Made by a program: the position numbers and the translations under genes. From Rickettsiales bacterium (GTDB taxonomy: Bacteria > Pseudomonadota > Alphaproteobacteria > UBA8366): a stretch of DNA of 64,000 bases. Shown here piece by piece: positions 29,709 to 39,930 of the stretch. The notes under the pieces are model-generated. The model had not been told where the DNA came from and did not search any database. It saw only the letters and a program-made list of their open reading frames with translations. The stretch is taken from assembly GCA_038131165.1 (NCBI GenBank), contig JAYPOZ010000002.1, positions 52,755 through 116,754 on the forward strand, in the 5' to 3' direction. Within the stretch, counting starts at the first letter, position 1; every line of letters begins with the position of its first letter.

Positions 29709-31019
29709 ATGCATCCTGTTTCCCTCCTCAGAGAGATCTCTTCGCCCGTTTTCCTTCGGCTCATCCTATGGGGATCGCTCTTATTTTTCCTGATTGGGTT
29801 TGTCGCGAGTGCGACCGGCCAGAATGTCGTTCGCATTGCCGCAATCGTGAATGATGAGATAATTTCCGTTTTTGACCTCGGCAATCGCGTTCGTCTTGTT
29901 GCAGCAACGACAAACGTTCCCAACCGTCAAGACATGCTCCAACGTCTCGCCCCGCAAGTGCTGCGGACCATGATTGACGAACGCATACAGCTACAAGAGG
30001 CCAAGCGCCTCAGCATTCGGGTAAGTCAACGCGAGATCAATGGCACGATTGCCGGCCTGGAACGCCAGAATGGGATGGCTCCTGGCCAGATTTCGGTTTT
30101 TCTCCAACAGAACAATATCGACCGTTCCGCATTGGAATCACAAATCACCGCCAGAATTTCTTGGCTCAAGCTCATCAACCGCACACTGATGCGGCAAATT
30201 TCCATCGGGCGAGAAGAAGTAGAGGAAGAGTTGGAACGCCTGAGAGCGCTCAAGGGAAAGCCCCAAATGCGAGTGTCGGAAATTTTTCTCGGTATCGATT
30301 CTCCAGACCTCGAGCCACAGATCCGGCAGACCGCTGAGCGGTTGATCGCGCAGCTTCTGAACGGCGCACGTTTCGATGCCCTTGCCCGTGAATTCTCGCA
30401 GAGCACCACATCGGGATCCGGCGGCGATCTTGGATGGATCACCAGTGCCGAATTGGACCCGGAATTGATCGACGCGCTTTCCGTCATGCAGCCGGGGCAG
30501 ATATCGAGACCGGTTCGGACACTCACGGGATACCATATTTTGTACCTGTCCGACCGCCGTACACTCTCCGATATGACCCCAAACCCCGACGACACGGCAG
30601 TAGAATACCGGCAGTTGCTGTTACCGCTCTTATCCGATGCACCGACAAGCGAAATCGAGACGCAGCGCCAACTCGCGCAAGAAATCACCGATACCGCCTC
30701 GTCCTGCGATGACTTTGTCCTCAAAGGACGCGCCGTAGGCGCTCACGACATGGAACGCCTCAACGTCGTGACCGTCGGCGCACTCAATGGCCAGATTCGC
30801 GACATATTAATGACGCAGAAACTGGGAACCGCCAGCCAACCTCAACGCACGCAGGACGGTTACGTTGTCATTATGCCGTGCTCGCGGACTTTGCCGGAAG
30901 TGGGGCTTCCGACGCCCGAAGCCTTGGAAGAGAGAATTCGCCAATCGCGTCTCGATATGATGGCACAGCGATACATGCGCGACCTGAGGCGGGCCGCTTA
31001 TATTGATTTGCGACAATGA
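29709..31019 (+). CDS. surA: periplasmic chaperone / parvulin PPIase SurA
   Basis: ATG 29709 with signal/TM segment. Parvulin motif SGGDLGW..GYHILYL. lptD-surA-pdxA-rsmA synteny. Confidence 0.85.
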   Translation: MHPVSLLREISSPVFLRLILWGSLLFFLIGFVASATGQNVVRIAAIVNDEIISVFDLGNRVRLVAATTNVPNRQDMLQRLAPQVLRTMIDERIQLQEAKRLSIRVSQREINGTIAGLERQNGMAPGQISVFLQQNNIDRSALESQITARISWLKLINRTLMRQISIGREEVEEELERLRALKGKPQMRVSEIFLGIDSPDLEPQIRQTAERLIAQLLNGARFDALAREFSQSTTSGSGGDLGWITSAELDPELIDALSVMQPGQISRPVRTLTGYHILYLSDRRTLSDMTPNPDDTAVEYRQLLLPLLSDAPTSEIETQRQLAQEITDTASSCDDFVLKGRAVGAHDMERLNVVTVGALNGQIRDILMTQKLGTASQPQRTQDGYVVIMPCSRTLPEVGLPTPEALEERIRQSRLDMMAQRYMRDLRRAAYIDLRQ

Positions 31020-32032
31020 TCACCAACACCGGGCCAATCGCCGTGACAATGGGCGAGCCAAGCGGAATAGGTGGAGAAATAGCCATAAAAGCATGGCAGC
31101 AACGCGAGTTGCTCAACTTACCGCCATTTTTCTTAATCGATGCGCCCCAACGCGTTAAAGGAATTGCAGGCCGGCTTGAGTGGGATGTGGCAGTCCAACC
31201 GATTGACAGGCCGGAGGACGCGGCGGGTTGCTTTGCCACGCACTTGCCTGTCTTACCGTTGGAGCTTCCCGTCCCGGCAATCCCGGGGCAGCCCCGAAGC
31301 GAGAACGGCGCCGCGGTGATTTCCTCGATCCAACAGGCCGTAGAACTCACCCTCGCCGGTCGAGCCGCCGCGGTCGTGACGAATCCCATCCAAAAGAAGA
31401 CGCTCTATGATGCCGGATTCGAATATCCCGGGCATACTGAGTTCATCGCCAAACTCTGCCGCACGGGCAACCCGCCCATCATGATGTTGGCCTGCAGCGA
31501 GCTCCGCGTCGTACCGGTTACCATTCATCAGTCGCTTGCCGAAGCTCTCAAGTCTCTTCGAACAGAGACCATTGTCGAGACCGCGCTTCAAACCGGTGCC
31601 GCCCTGGCGAGCGATTTCGGCATCGAGCGCCCGCATCTCGCGGTTGCGGCGCTCAATCCCCACGCCGGGGAGGATGGGTCAATGGGTCGAGAGGAGATCG
31701 ATATCATTCGCCCAGCCATAGAAGAGCTGAAGCGTTTGGGTCACTCGGTCACCGGACCGGCACCGGCGGATACGCTGTTCCACGAGCGCGCCCGCAAAAC
31801 CTATGATGCGGCGATTTGTATGTATCATGACCAAGCGCTTATCCCCCTGAAGACAATCGATTTCCGGTCGGGTGTTAACATTACCCTAGGGCTGCCCATC
31901 GTCCGGACGTCGCCCGACCACGGAACGGCGTTGGAGATTGCAGGCACCGGCGTTGCAGACGAAGCGAGTTTCGTCGCCGCCCTTAAATCGGCCTCCGGCA
32001 TCACAATGCATCGGCAACGAAATCCATCCTGA
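31016..32032 (+). CDS. pdxA: 4-hydroxythreonine-4-phosphate dehydrogenase
   Basis: GEPSGIGGEI, YPGHTEF, LNPHAGE, RTSPDHGTA. Confidence 0.95.
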   Translation: MITNTGPIAVTMGEPSGIGGEIAIKAWQQRELLNLPPFFLIDAPQRVKGIAGRLEWDVAVQPIDRPEDAAGCFATHLPVLPLELPVPAIPGQPRSENGAAVISSIQQAVELTLAGRAAAVVTNPIQKKTLYDAGFEYPGHTEFIAKLCRTGNPPIMMLACSELRVVPVTIHQSLAEALKSLRTETIVETALQTGAALASDFGIERPHLAVAALNPHAGEDGSMGREEIDIIRPAIEELKRLGHSVTGPAPADTLFHERARKTYDAAICMYHDQALIPLKTIDFRSGVNITLGLPIVRTSPDHGTALEIAGTGVADEASFVAALKSASGITMHRQRNPS

Positions 32033-32035
32033 ATC

Positions 32036-32896
32036 ATGCAGGGATCGAATGAGAACCCACTCGACCTTTTACCGCCGCTTCGTTCGGTAATCGCCGAGTT
32101 CGGCCTCGACGCGCGCCGCTCATTGGGCCAACACTTTCTTCTCGACCTTAATCTCACGCGCCGAATCGCCAACGGCGCCCGCGACCTGTCCGCCGGGACA
32201 ACAATCGAAGTCGGGCCTGGCCCGGGAGGCCTCACGCGCTCCCTCCTTGCCGCCGGCGCCGCTCAAGTAATCGCGGTCGAGCGCGACGAGCGCTGTGTAG
32301 CGGCGCTACAACCCTTGGTCGCCGCGTCGGAAGGCCGCCTCAGGGTCTTGGCGCTCGACGCGCTTACGTTCGATATTACGACAGCCGGACCGCCACCGCT
32401 GCGGATCGTCGCCAATCTTCCCTACAACATCGCGACTCCCCTGTTGATCAATTGGCTTAAGCTTGGCCCGACCGTCTCAGAAATGGTGCTGATGTTCCAA
32501 CTTGAGGTCGCAGAGAGAATCGTCGCCAAACCCGGCAGCAAGGTCTATGGGCGCCTATCGGTGTTGAGCAATTGGTGCGCGGATACGCGATTGCTCTTCC
32601 GCATACCCGCCCGCGCCTTCACCCCTTCTCCGAGAGTAGACTCCGCGGTCGTACGGTTCGCCCCGCATCCTGAAGCTTTGTACGCCGGTACTCTGCCCTT
32701 TCTCGAAGCCGTGACCGCCGCCGCCTTCGGGCAACGTCGCAAGACATTGCGGCGCTCTCTCGTGTCCCTCGGCGTCCCGGTCTCAAATTTGCTCGATGCA
32801 GCGGCAATTGACGGTAGCCGACGCGCGGAGGAGTTAAGTGTAGAAGAGTTCGCTAACCTCGCCGAGGCACTCAGCGACCTTCGCGGAGCCCCTTGA
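32036..32896 (+). CDS. rsmA: 16S rRNA (adenine1518/1519-N6)-dimethyltransferase
   Basis: LGQHFLLD, IEVGPGPGGLT SAM motif, VANLPYNI. Confidence 0.95.
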   Translation: MQGSNENPLDLLPPLRSVIAEFGLDARRSLGQHFLLDLNLTRRIANGARDLSAGTTIEVGPGPGGLTRSLLAAGAAQVIAVERDERCVAALQPLVAASEGRLRVLALDALTFDITTAGPPPLRIVANLPYNIATPLLINWLKLGPTVSEMVLMFQLEVAERIVAKPGSKVYGRLSVLSNWCADTRLLFRIPARAFTPSPRVDSAVVRFAPHPEALYAGTLPFLEAVTAAAFGQRRKTLRRSLVSLGVPVSNLLDAAAIDGSRRAEELSVEEFANLAEALSDLRGAP

Positions 32897-33512
32897 CGAA
32901 CTCGCCCAGTCCGGTTTGACGCTCCCGTTTGAGTCGTTCGGCTTTCAGGATCGACATCGCCATCTCGATACTGGCCTCGATGTCACGGTTGACGATGATG
33001 TAGTCATATTCGGGATAGTGACTCATTTCGTCGGGTGCCCGGCGCATCCGGCTTGCCACCACCGAGGCGGAATCCTGCGCCCGCCCCTTGAGTCTCTTCT
33101 CGAGCTCCGCCGTCGACGGCGGTAAGATAAACACGCTCACAAGGTCGGCACGTGCCTTCTCGACGAGTTGCTGCGTGCCTTGCCAATCGATGTCGAAGAG
33201 AACGTCCCTGCCTGAGTCCAACGCTTCCATGACCGGCCCCACCGGCGTCCCGTAATAGTGGTCGAAGACCTTCGCATACTCGAGAAGTTCACCCCGGTTC
33301 ACCATCATGTTGAAATCTGCGGTATCGACAAAATGGTAGTCGCGTCCCGCAACCTCGCCCGGCCGTTTCGGCCGCGTCGTCAGCGACACGGACATGACAA
33401 TTCCCGGATCCCTCTCGAGAATGGCACGCGAGATTGTCGTCTTGCCGGCCCCCGACGGCGAAGATAAGACGAACATCAAGCCGCGACGTTGGAAAATCAG
33501 ATCGTCGTCCAA
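32871..33512 (-). CDS. gmk: guanylate kinase
   Basis: LSSPSGAGKTT P-loop, SVSLTTRPKRPGE. The 3' end overlaps the rsmA 3' end by 26 nt. Confidence 0.95.
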   Translation of the reverse strand: MDDDLIFQRRGLMFVLSSPSGAGKTTISRAILERDPGIVMSVSLTTRPKRPGEVAGRDYHFVDTADFNMMVNRGELLEYAKVFDHYYGTPVGPVMEALDSGRDVLFDIDWQGTQQLVEKARADLVSVFILPPSTAELEKRLKGRAQDSASVVASRMRRAPDEMSHYPEYDYIIVNRDIEASIEMAMSILKAERLKRERQTGLGEFVKGLREGR

Positions 33513-33516
33513 TACC

Positions 33517-34389
33517 CTACTCCACGTTCTGCGCTTGTTCGCGAAACTGATCGATGACCGCTTTCATTTCAAGGCCAATCCGCGTGAGTTCCTCGCTCGT
33601 AGACTTTGAACAGAGTGTGTTGGCCTCACGGTTGAACTCCTGACACAAAAAGTCGAGCTTTCTGCCGACAGGGTCCATCTCCCGGAGCAACTCCCGGCCT
33701 GCAGCGCAATGTCCCGTCAGCCGATCGATCTCTTCGCGAACATCTGCCTTGGTGACCAATATCGCGATTTCCTGGGCCAGCCGCTCTTCCGCCAATGCCG
33801 CCGGTTTCTCTAACAATTCCGTCACCTGGCGCTGCAATCGTTCTTGTATGACCTCCAACCTGCTTGCGTCCGAGTTTTGAGCTTCCAGGCAAAGACCTTC
33901 CAACGTATCGAGATGTCCAACAATTATGCTCTCCAGCCGAGCGCCTTCCGAATTTCGCGAGTCGATCAATCCATCGAGCGCTGTATCCAAAGTCGACATA
34001 ATCGCCGATTCGCGCTGCTCCGTCAGCATTTCCGATTCGCCTTCCTCGGCGGTCTCCACCACCCCCCTTACCGTAAGCAGCGTATCAAGCCGCAAGAGGT
34101 CCGGCGCAACGCGGCCGGCCAGTTCCCCATGCAATTCGATCATTCGTTCGACGAATTCCCGATTGATCTGCAAGTTTGCCGAGGAACGGTCGGTTTCAAT
34201 TCCGAGAGTCAGCGATATCGATCCCCGCCCCAGCTTGCGGGCCGCGCGTTGTTTCGCCGGCAATTCAATTCTGTCCAAACCGCCGGGAACCCGCACTCGA
34301 ATATCCAGCGACCGACCATTGACGCTCTTTGCCTCCCAGGTCCATCGGTAAGGTTCCAATTGGCCGCTCGCTCGGGAGAAACCAGTCAT
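33517..34389 (-). CDS. yicC: YicC family stress-induced protein
   Basis: SMTGFSRA start, FLCQEFNREANTLCSKS C-terminal motif. Internal ATG 34389 preferred. Confidence 0.9.
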   Translation of the reverse strand: MTGFSRASGQLEPYRWTWEAKSVNGRSLDIRVRVPGGLDRIELPAKQRAARKLGRGSISLTLGIETDRSSANLQINREFVERMIELHGELAGRVAPDLLRLDTLLTVRGVVETAEEGESEMLTEQRESAIMSTLDTALDGLIDSRNSEGARLESIIVGHLDTLEGLCLEAQNSDASRLEVIQERLQRQVTELLEKPAALAEERLAQEIAILVTKADVREEIDRLTGHCAAGRELLREMDPVGRKLDFLCQEFNREANTLCSKSTSEELTRIGLEMKAVIDQFREQAQNVE

Positions 34390-34505
34390 GCTCGCCAGGG
34401 TCAAAAAGAGTATCCTCGATAGACAGGGTTGGAGCGCGCCCGCAATATATCGCCCGCTCGGATACTCAACAAGCAAGCCCAACAGAAACTACCGAGTTCT
34501 CGCAG

Positions 34506-35291
34506 ATGTCTTCTCCACGCTCTATCTTGATTTCCGGCGCGTCCAGCGGCATCGGCGAAGCGCTGGCACGGCATTATGCCGGGGAAACGGCAACTCTGTT
34601 TTTGAGCGGCCGGGACGCGGATCGGCTCGGGGCGGTATCTCGGGCCTGCGAAGCGCTCGGCAGCACGGTCGATGGCCAGACGATCGACGTGACGGACCAG
34701 GCAGCGATGCATGCATGGATTTCATCCGCGGACACGAACGCGGCATTGGACCTGGTCGTCGCAAATGCCGGAATTTCGGGCGGCACTTCCGGTGGCATCG
34801 AGTCTGCTGCGCAGACCCAACAAATATTCGAAGTCAATGTCAAAGGCGTTCTGAATACGGTCCTGCCGGCACTGGAACGCATGACCGACCGTGGCCATGG
34901 CCAGATCGCCATCGTTTCCTCACTCGCCGGATTCCTCCCGCTGCCCGGCGCACCTGCGTACAGCGCGAGTAAGGCCTCTATCCGTCATTTCGGGGAAGCC
35001 TTGCGCATATCCGCCGCCCGGCGCGGCGTCGGCATATCCGTAATCTGTCCCGGCTTCGTCCATAGCCGAATGACCGCCGCCAACCCCTTCTCCATGCCGT
35101 TTATCATGCCCGCAGAAAAAGCTGCCCGGATCATTGCCGCAGGGCTTGCGCGAAACCGAGCGCGAATCGCGTTTCCCTGGCCGATGTATTGGAGCGTCCG
35201 GATATTGGGCAGCCTGATTCCGCTTGGCCTGTGTCAGACCGTCCTCGGGCGACTTCCGGAAAAACCATCGACCGGCGATACGGGCACGTAG
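34506..35291 (+). CDS. SDR family oxidoreductase
   Basis: ILISGASSGIGEALA, YSASKAS. Internal ATG 34506. Confidence 0.8.
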   Translation: MSSPRSILISGASSGIGEALARHYAGETATLFLSGRDADRLGAVSRACEALGSTVDGQTIDVTDQAAMHAWISSADTNAALDLVVANAGISGGTSGGIESAAQTQQIFEVNVKGVLNTVLPALERMTDRGHGQIAIVSSLAGFLPLPGAPAYSASKASIRHFGEALRISAARRGVGISVICPGFVHSRMTAANPFSMPFIMPAEKAARIIAAGLARNRARIAFPWPMYWSVRILGSLIPLGLCQTVLGRLPEKPSTGDTGT

Positions 35292-35304
35292 TCACCCGGC
35301 TCCA

Positions 35305-36285
35305 TTAAGGTTTCGACTCTCTCTGCAATTTCCGCCATTTCGCGACATTTCGGTTATGTTCCGCCAATGTCTTGGCAAAAACGTGCCCACCGGTGCCATC
35401 GGCCACGAAATACAATTCTGCCGTCGTCAGGGGATTCATGACCGCGGCGAGTGCCTCCCGGCCCGGATTGGCGATGGGCGTCGGCGGCAAGCCCGCGATT
35501 CGATAGGTATTGAACGGGTGATTCATCTCAAGGTCCTCGCGCGTGAGGCGGCGCCCGAGCGGGCCATTCCCTTGCGTGAGACCGTAGACGACGGTCGGGT
35601 CGGACTGCAGACGCATGCCGCGCCGCAATCGATTGATAAACACAGCCGCGACGCGCGGCCGCTCCGCCGCCACTGCGGTTTCCTTCTCGACGATAGAGGC
35701 CAGGACCACCGCATCCTCCGGCCGGGCAAGCGGCAGGTCGCCAGCCCGGGTTGCCCATAGTTCAACCACGGTCTCTCGCATCGAACGCTTCATACGGGCG
35801 AGGACATCCGCCCGCGATTCGCCGTACTGATAGCTATAGGTTTCCGGCAGTACCGATCCTTCCGCCGGCGCCGATACCGTGCCCTCAAGCGCATCCGTGG
35901 CATTCAGCAACATTGCCACCTCGACGGAACTAAGGCCCTCGGGCACCGTCACGCGCCGCAGAACGGTCTTTCCTGCGGTAAAATCGCCGAGTATCCGCCG
36001 CGGGCTGACCGTCGCCTCAAATGCATATTCGCCCGCCTTAATAATCCGGGCGTCACCGGATAGCCTCGCCCCCCAAATGAAGACATCCGGCTCCTCGATC
36101 AAACCGGCGTTCCGCAACAGTAACGCGATCTGGTTGAGGCCGGCTCCCTTCGGCACCACAAAGGTCTTCGCCTCCACCGATGGACCGGAGCTTACAAAAG
36201 AGAGGTAGCCCCAATAAAAAACACCGCCAACGGCGGCCGTGGCGGCGATAACAAGGAGAAACAGCAATCGCGCAATGCGCTTCAT
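35305..36285 (-). CDS. mltG: endolytic murein transglycosylase MltG (YceG)
   Basis: N-terminal TM, ASIVEKET, YNTY, FVADGTGGHVF. Confidence 0.9.
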   Translation of the reverse strand: MKRIARLLFLLVIAATAAVGGVFYWGYLSFVSSGPSVEAKTFVVPKGAGLNQIALLLRNAGLIEEPDVFIWGARLSGDARIIKAGEYAFEATVSPRRILGDFTAGKTVLRRVTVPEGLSSVEVAMLLNATDALEGTVSAPAEGSVLPETYSYQYGESRADVLARMKRSMRETVVELWATRAGDLPLARPEDAVVLASIVEKETAVAAERPRVAAVFINRLRRGMRLQSDPTVVYGLTQGNGPLGRRLTREDLEMNHPFNTYRIAGLPPTPIANPGREALAAVMNPLTTAELYFVADGTGGHVFAKTLAEHNRNVAKWRKLQRESKP

Positions 36286-36291
36286 ATTCCG

Positions 36292-37554
36292 CTAGTCGAC
36301 GGCGCTCAGAACCAAGCTGGCATTCGTTCCGCCAAATCCGAACGAGTTAGACATGGCATTTTTCACAGGCCGTTCCTTCGCCACCTTCGCCACGAGATCG
36401 ATATCGCAGCCTTCCGAAGGATTATCGAGATTCAGGGTCGGCGGTACGACCCCGTTCTCGATTGCCTTTATCGAGAACACGGCCTCTACCGCGCCCGCCG
36501 CTCCCAGCAGATGTCCGATGGCGGATTTCGTCGACGACATCGACAACGAATAGGCATGATCCCCAAACAAACGCTTCACCGCGCCCAGCTCGATCTCGTC
36601 GCCGAGCGGTGTCGATGTGCCGTGCGCATTGATATAGTCGATCGCTTCAACGCCAATCCCCGCCCGCTTCAAGGCCGCCTTCATCGCTCGAAAACCGCCG
36701 CGGCCGTCAGATGCCGGCGCCGTAATATGGTAAGCGTCGCCGGAAAGTCCGTAGCCGGTCACTTCCGCATAAATCTTGGCGCCCCGCGCCTTCGCATGCT
36801 CGTATTCCTCAAGCACCACAACGCCGGCCCCTTCGCCCATCACGAACCCGTCGCGATCGACATCCCAAGGACGCGACGCATTCTTCGGATTGTCGTTAAA
36901 TCCGGTGGACAAGGCTTTCGCCGCCGCAAAGCCGGCAATGCCCATCCGGCAGATCGCGGCCTCGGCACCCCCGGCCACCATGACCTCGGCATCCTCGAAC
37001 TGGATCAGGCGGGCGGCATCTCCGATCGCGTGGGCACCGGTGGCGCACGCGGTCACAACCGAATGGTTCGGCCCGCTGAATCCATGCCTGATGGATACGT
37101 GCCCCGATGCCAGATTGATAAGGTTTGCCGGAATGAAGAAGGGGCTCACCCGTCGCGGTCCCCGCTCGTGAAGCGTGACAGACGTCTCCGAAATGCCCGG
37201 CAAGCCACCAATGCCGGAGCCGATCAGAACACCGGTACGTTCCCGGTCTTCTTCGCCGTCGGGCAACCAACCCGAATCCTGGATCGCCTCTTCCGCCGCC
37301 GCGATGGCAAATGCGATGAACGGGTCCATTTTCCGCTGATCTTTGCGGTCGACCCAATCATCGACGCAATAATTGCCCTCGGCAGTTTCCCCTACGGGAA
37401 CATGCCCGGCGATCTGGCACGAAAGATCGCTGGCGTCGAAAGTATTAATCGACGACAGACCACAATCGCCCGCGAGCAAACGGCGCCAGACATGACCGAC
37501 ACCGACACCCAGAGGCGTTACGACTCCCATACCTGTTACGACGACACGCCTCAT
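36292..37554 (-). CDS. fabF: beta-ketoacyl-ACP synthase II
   Basis: VVTACATGAHAIGDA (active Cys), NAHGTSTPLGD, NSFGFGGTNASLV. Confidence 0.95.
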   Translation of the reverse strand: MRRVVVTGMGVVTPLGVGVGHVWRRLLAGDCGLSSINTFDASDLSCQIAGHVPVGETAEGNYCVDDWVDRKDQRKMDPFIAFAIAAAEEAIQDSGWLPDGEEDRERTGVLIGSGIGGLPGISETSVTLHERGPRRVSPFFIPANLINLASGHVSIRHGFSGPNHSVVTACATGAHAIGDAARLIQFEDAEVMVAGGAEAAICRMGIAGFAAAKALSTGFNDNPKNASRPWDVDRDGFVMGEGAGVVVLEEYEHAKARGAKIYAEVTGYGLSGDAYHITAPASDGRGGFRAMKAALKRAGIGVEAIDYINAHGTSTPLGDEIELGAVKRLFGDHAYSLSMSSTKSAIGHLLGAAGAVEAVFSIKAIENGVVPPTLNLDNPSEGCDIDLVAKVAKERPVKNAMSNSFGFGGTNASLVLSAVD

Positions 37555-37596
37555 CGCAACGATGCTTCCTGTGAAATCGGAGGAGACGACGGCGAC

Positions 37597-37836
37597 CTAG
37601 CCGTCGGCGCTTCCCTCAATAAAGCTGATAGCGTCTTTAATGGTCAGAATTTTCTCGGCGGCGTCATCCGGAATTTCGCAACCGAACTCTTCCTCGAACG
37701 CCATAACCAGCTCGACGGTGTCAAGACTGTCCGCGCCTAGGTCGTCAATAAAACTAGCGTTATCGGAAACTTTTCCTTCATCAACGCCAAGATGCTCGAT
37801 GACGATCTTTTTAACGCGATCCGCAACGTCACTCAT
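37597..37836 (-). CDS. acpP: acyl carrier protein
   Basis: 79 aa. [19 protein letters not shown]. Confidence 0.97.
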   Translation of the reverse strand: MSDVADRVKKIVIEHLGVDEGKVSDNASFIDDLGADSLDTVELVMAFEEEFGCEIPDDAAEKILTIKDAISFIEGSADG

Positions 37837-37981
37837 GTTCTAAAACCTTCCCAATGTATGAGCGTAGTCTCGAAATACCGCCCTGCCCACGGTCCCCTCA
37901 GGCTTCCCCGCGCGACGGCGGCGTTTCGTAACATACTTTTAACCGGGTGACCAGCGCTTGGGACGGCAATGACGACAACCA

Positions 37982-38719
37982 CTAGATCATGGCCATTCCG
38001 CCGTTAATATGAAGAGTCTGACCGGTCACATAAGCCGCCTCTTCGCTTGCCAGATAAAGAGTTCCGGCGGCGATTTCAGCGGGTTCGCCAAACCGTCCGG
38101 CGGGCACAATCTGCAGAATTCTGGATTTCTGGTCGTCGGAGAGAACATCCGTCATCGCCGTGACGATCATTCCCGGGGCAACACAATTCACCGTAATTCC
38201 CCGACTCGCGACTTCCTGCGCCATCGATTTCGACATTCCGATCAGGCCCGCCTTGGAGGCCGCGTAATTCGCTTGTCCGGGATTGCCGGTCACGCCGACA
38301 ACCGACGTGATGTTAATAATGCGCCCCCAACGGCGTTTCATCATGCCGCGCATGACCCCGCGCGACAGGCGGAAGGAAGCGGTCAGGTTTACATCTAGAA
38401 CGGCCTGCCAATCTTCATCCGTCAACCGCATCGAGAGCATATCGCGGGTCAGGCCCGCGTTATTGACGAGAATATCGACCGCCCCCATTGCGTCCTCGGC
38501 CTTGCCGATCAGGCTGTCGAGAGAGGACGGATCCGACAAGTTGGCCGGCACGACAAAAGCCCTGTCGCCGAGCGTCGACGCCAGCGCTTGCAGCGCGTCC
38601 TCCCGCGTTCCCGACAGCGTAACCGCGGCGCCGGCATCATGCAGCACTTTTGCGATCGCCCCCCCGATACCGCCGGACGCCCCGGTCACCAACGCTGATT
38701 TTCCAGAAAGGTCGAACAT
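37982..38719 (-). CDS. fabG: 3-oxoacyl-ACP reductase
   Basis: VTGASGGIGGAIA, YAASKAG, fab cluster context. Confidence 0.93.
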   Translation of the reverse strand: MFDLSGKSALVTGASGGIGGAIAKVLHDAGAAVTLSGTREDALQALASTLGDRAFVVPANLSDPSSLDSLIGKAEDAMGAVDILVNNAGLTRDMLSMRLTDEDWQAVLDVNLTASFRLSRGVMRGMMKRRWGRIINITSVVGVTGNPGQANYAASKAGLIGMSKSMAQEVASRGITVNCVAPGMIVTAMTDVLSDDQKSRILQIVPAGRFGEPAEIAAGTLYLASEEAAYVTGQTLHINGGMAMI

Positions 38720-38731
38720 GATGGCGCTCTC

Positions 38732-39685
38732 CTAAAGGCTCCCGAGGAACTTCTCGATATCCTCCGGTCCTTGCAACGAGGTTGCGGACATTTCGCGATC
38801 TATGCGCCGTGCCAAGCCGCTCAAGACACGCCCGGCTCCTGTCTCGATCAGCGTGTCCACGCTTTTCCCCTTCAGGGCAACGACGCTTTCGCGCCATCGG
38901 ACCCGTCCGGTCACTTGCGACACGAGGTTGCTGCGGATCGATTCCGGATCGCGCACCTCGTCGGCCGTAACGTTGGCGATAAGGGGAACCGACGGCGGCG
39001 CAATTGTCGTTTTCGCGAGAGCTTCCGCCATGGCATCCGCTGCCGGCTGCATTAACGAGCAATGAAAGGGCGCGCTTACCGGTAAAATAATGCTGCGCTT
39101 GGCGCCGCGCTCCGCTGCGATCTCGACCGCGCGTTCGACGGCGGCGGTGCTGCCGCTCACGACGACCTGGCCTGGGGCGTTATCATTTGCGACATCGCAC
39201 ACATCGCCCGCCGCGCCCGCTTCCACAGCGGCCAGGGCGATTTCCTCGGCCTCCGCCACGGTCGGTCCCATCAGAGCCGCCATCGCGCCTTCGCCGACCG
39301 GAACGGCGATTTGCATGGTCGTGCCTCGGAGTTTCAACAATCTAGCCGTATCGGCAATCGTCAGCGCACCGGCCGCCGCCAACGCGGTATACTCCCCCAG
39401 CGAGTGCCCGGCGACGTAGGCGGCGATACTCGGGAGGCGGACATTTCCCTCCCCTTCCATAACCCTGACAATAGCCAAGCTAACCGCCATCAAAGCGGGC
39501 TGGGCATTCGCGGTCAGCCGCAATTGATCGTCGGGGCCTTCGAACATGACCTTCGTCAAGTTCTGCTTTAGCGTTTCGTCGACTTCTTCGAAGACCAGAC
39601 GGGCTGCCGGAAAGGCATCGGCCAAATCCTTCCCCATTCCGACAGCCTGGGAGCCTTGCCCCGGGAACACGAATGCGCGCGCCAT
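38732..39685 (-). CDS. fabD: malonyl CoA-ACP transacylase
   Basis: FVFPGQGSQ, GHSLGEYTAL. Confidence 0.95.
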   Translation of the reverse strand: MARAFVFPGQGSQAVGMGKDLADAFPAARLVFEEVDETLKQNLTKVMFEGPDDQLRLTANAQPALMAVSLAIVRVMEGEGNVRLPSIAAYVAGHSLGEYTALAAAGALTIADTARLLKLRGTTMQIAVPVGEGAMAALMGPTVAEAEEIALAAVEAGAAGDVCDVANDNAPGQVVVSGSTAAVERAVEIAAERGAKRSIILPVSAPFHCSLMQPAADAMAEALAKTTIAPPSVPLIANVTADEVRDPESIRSNLVSQVTGRVRWRESVVALKGKSVDTLIETGAGRVLSGLARRIDREMSATSLQGPEDIEKFLGSL

Positions 39686-39773
39686 ATTTCTATTCCGTGA
39701 CTAATTTACGGGCCAGTCATAGCGCCTCGTTATTGCCTGTCAAGCAGGCGGCTGAATCGCACCAACTCCATGA

Positions 39774-39801
39774 TTGCCATTCGTGCCAAAATACGTATAG
39801 T
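39774..39801 (+). promoter_or_regulatory. sigma70-like promoter candidate for rpsF operon
   Basis: TTGCCA (39774-39779), 16-nt spacer, TATAGT (39796-39801), about 130 nt upstream of the rpsF ATG. Confidence 0.45.
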
Positions 39802-39930
39802 GCCCGCCTTCCCGCGACTCGCGGGAAAAACATAGCTCCTTGCCGGCGCCCGAGCGTCGGCTAGAGCCGGTCGGTCGAGAGGGTGGTCCTTTCGACTCCG
39901 GATCATTCAACAGCCGTAAGGAGTGTACGG

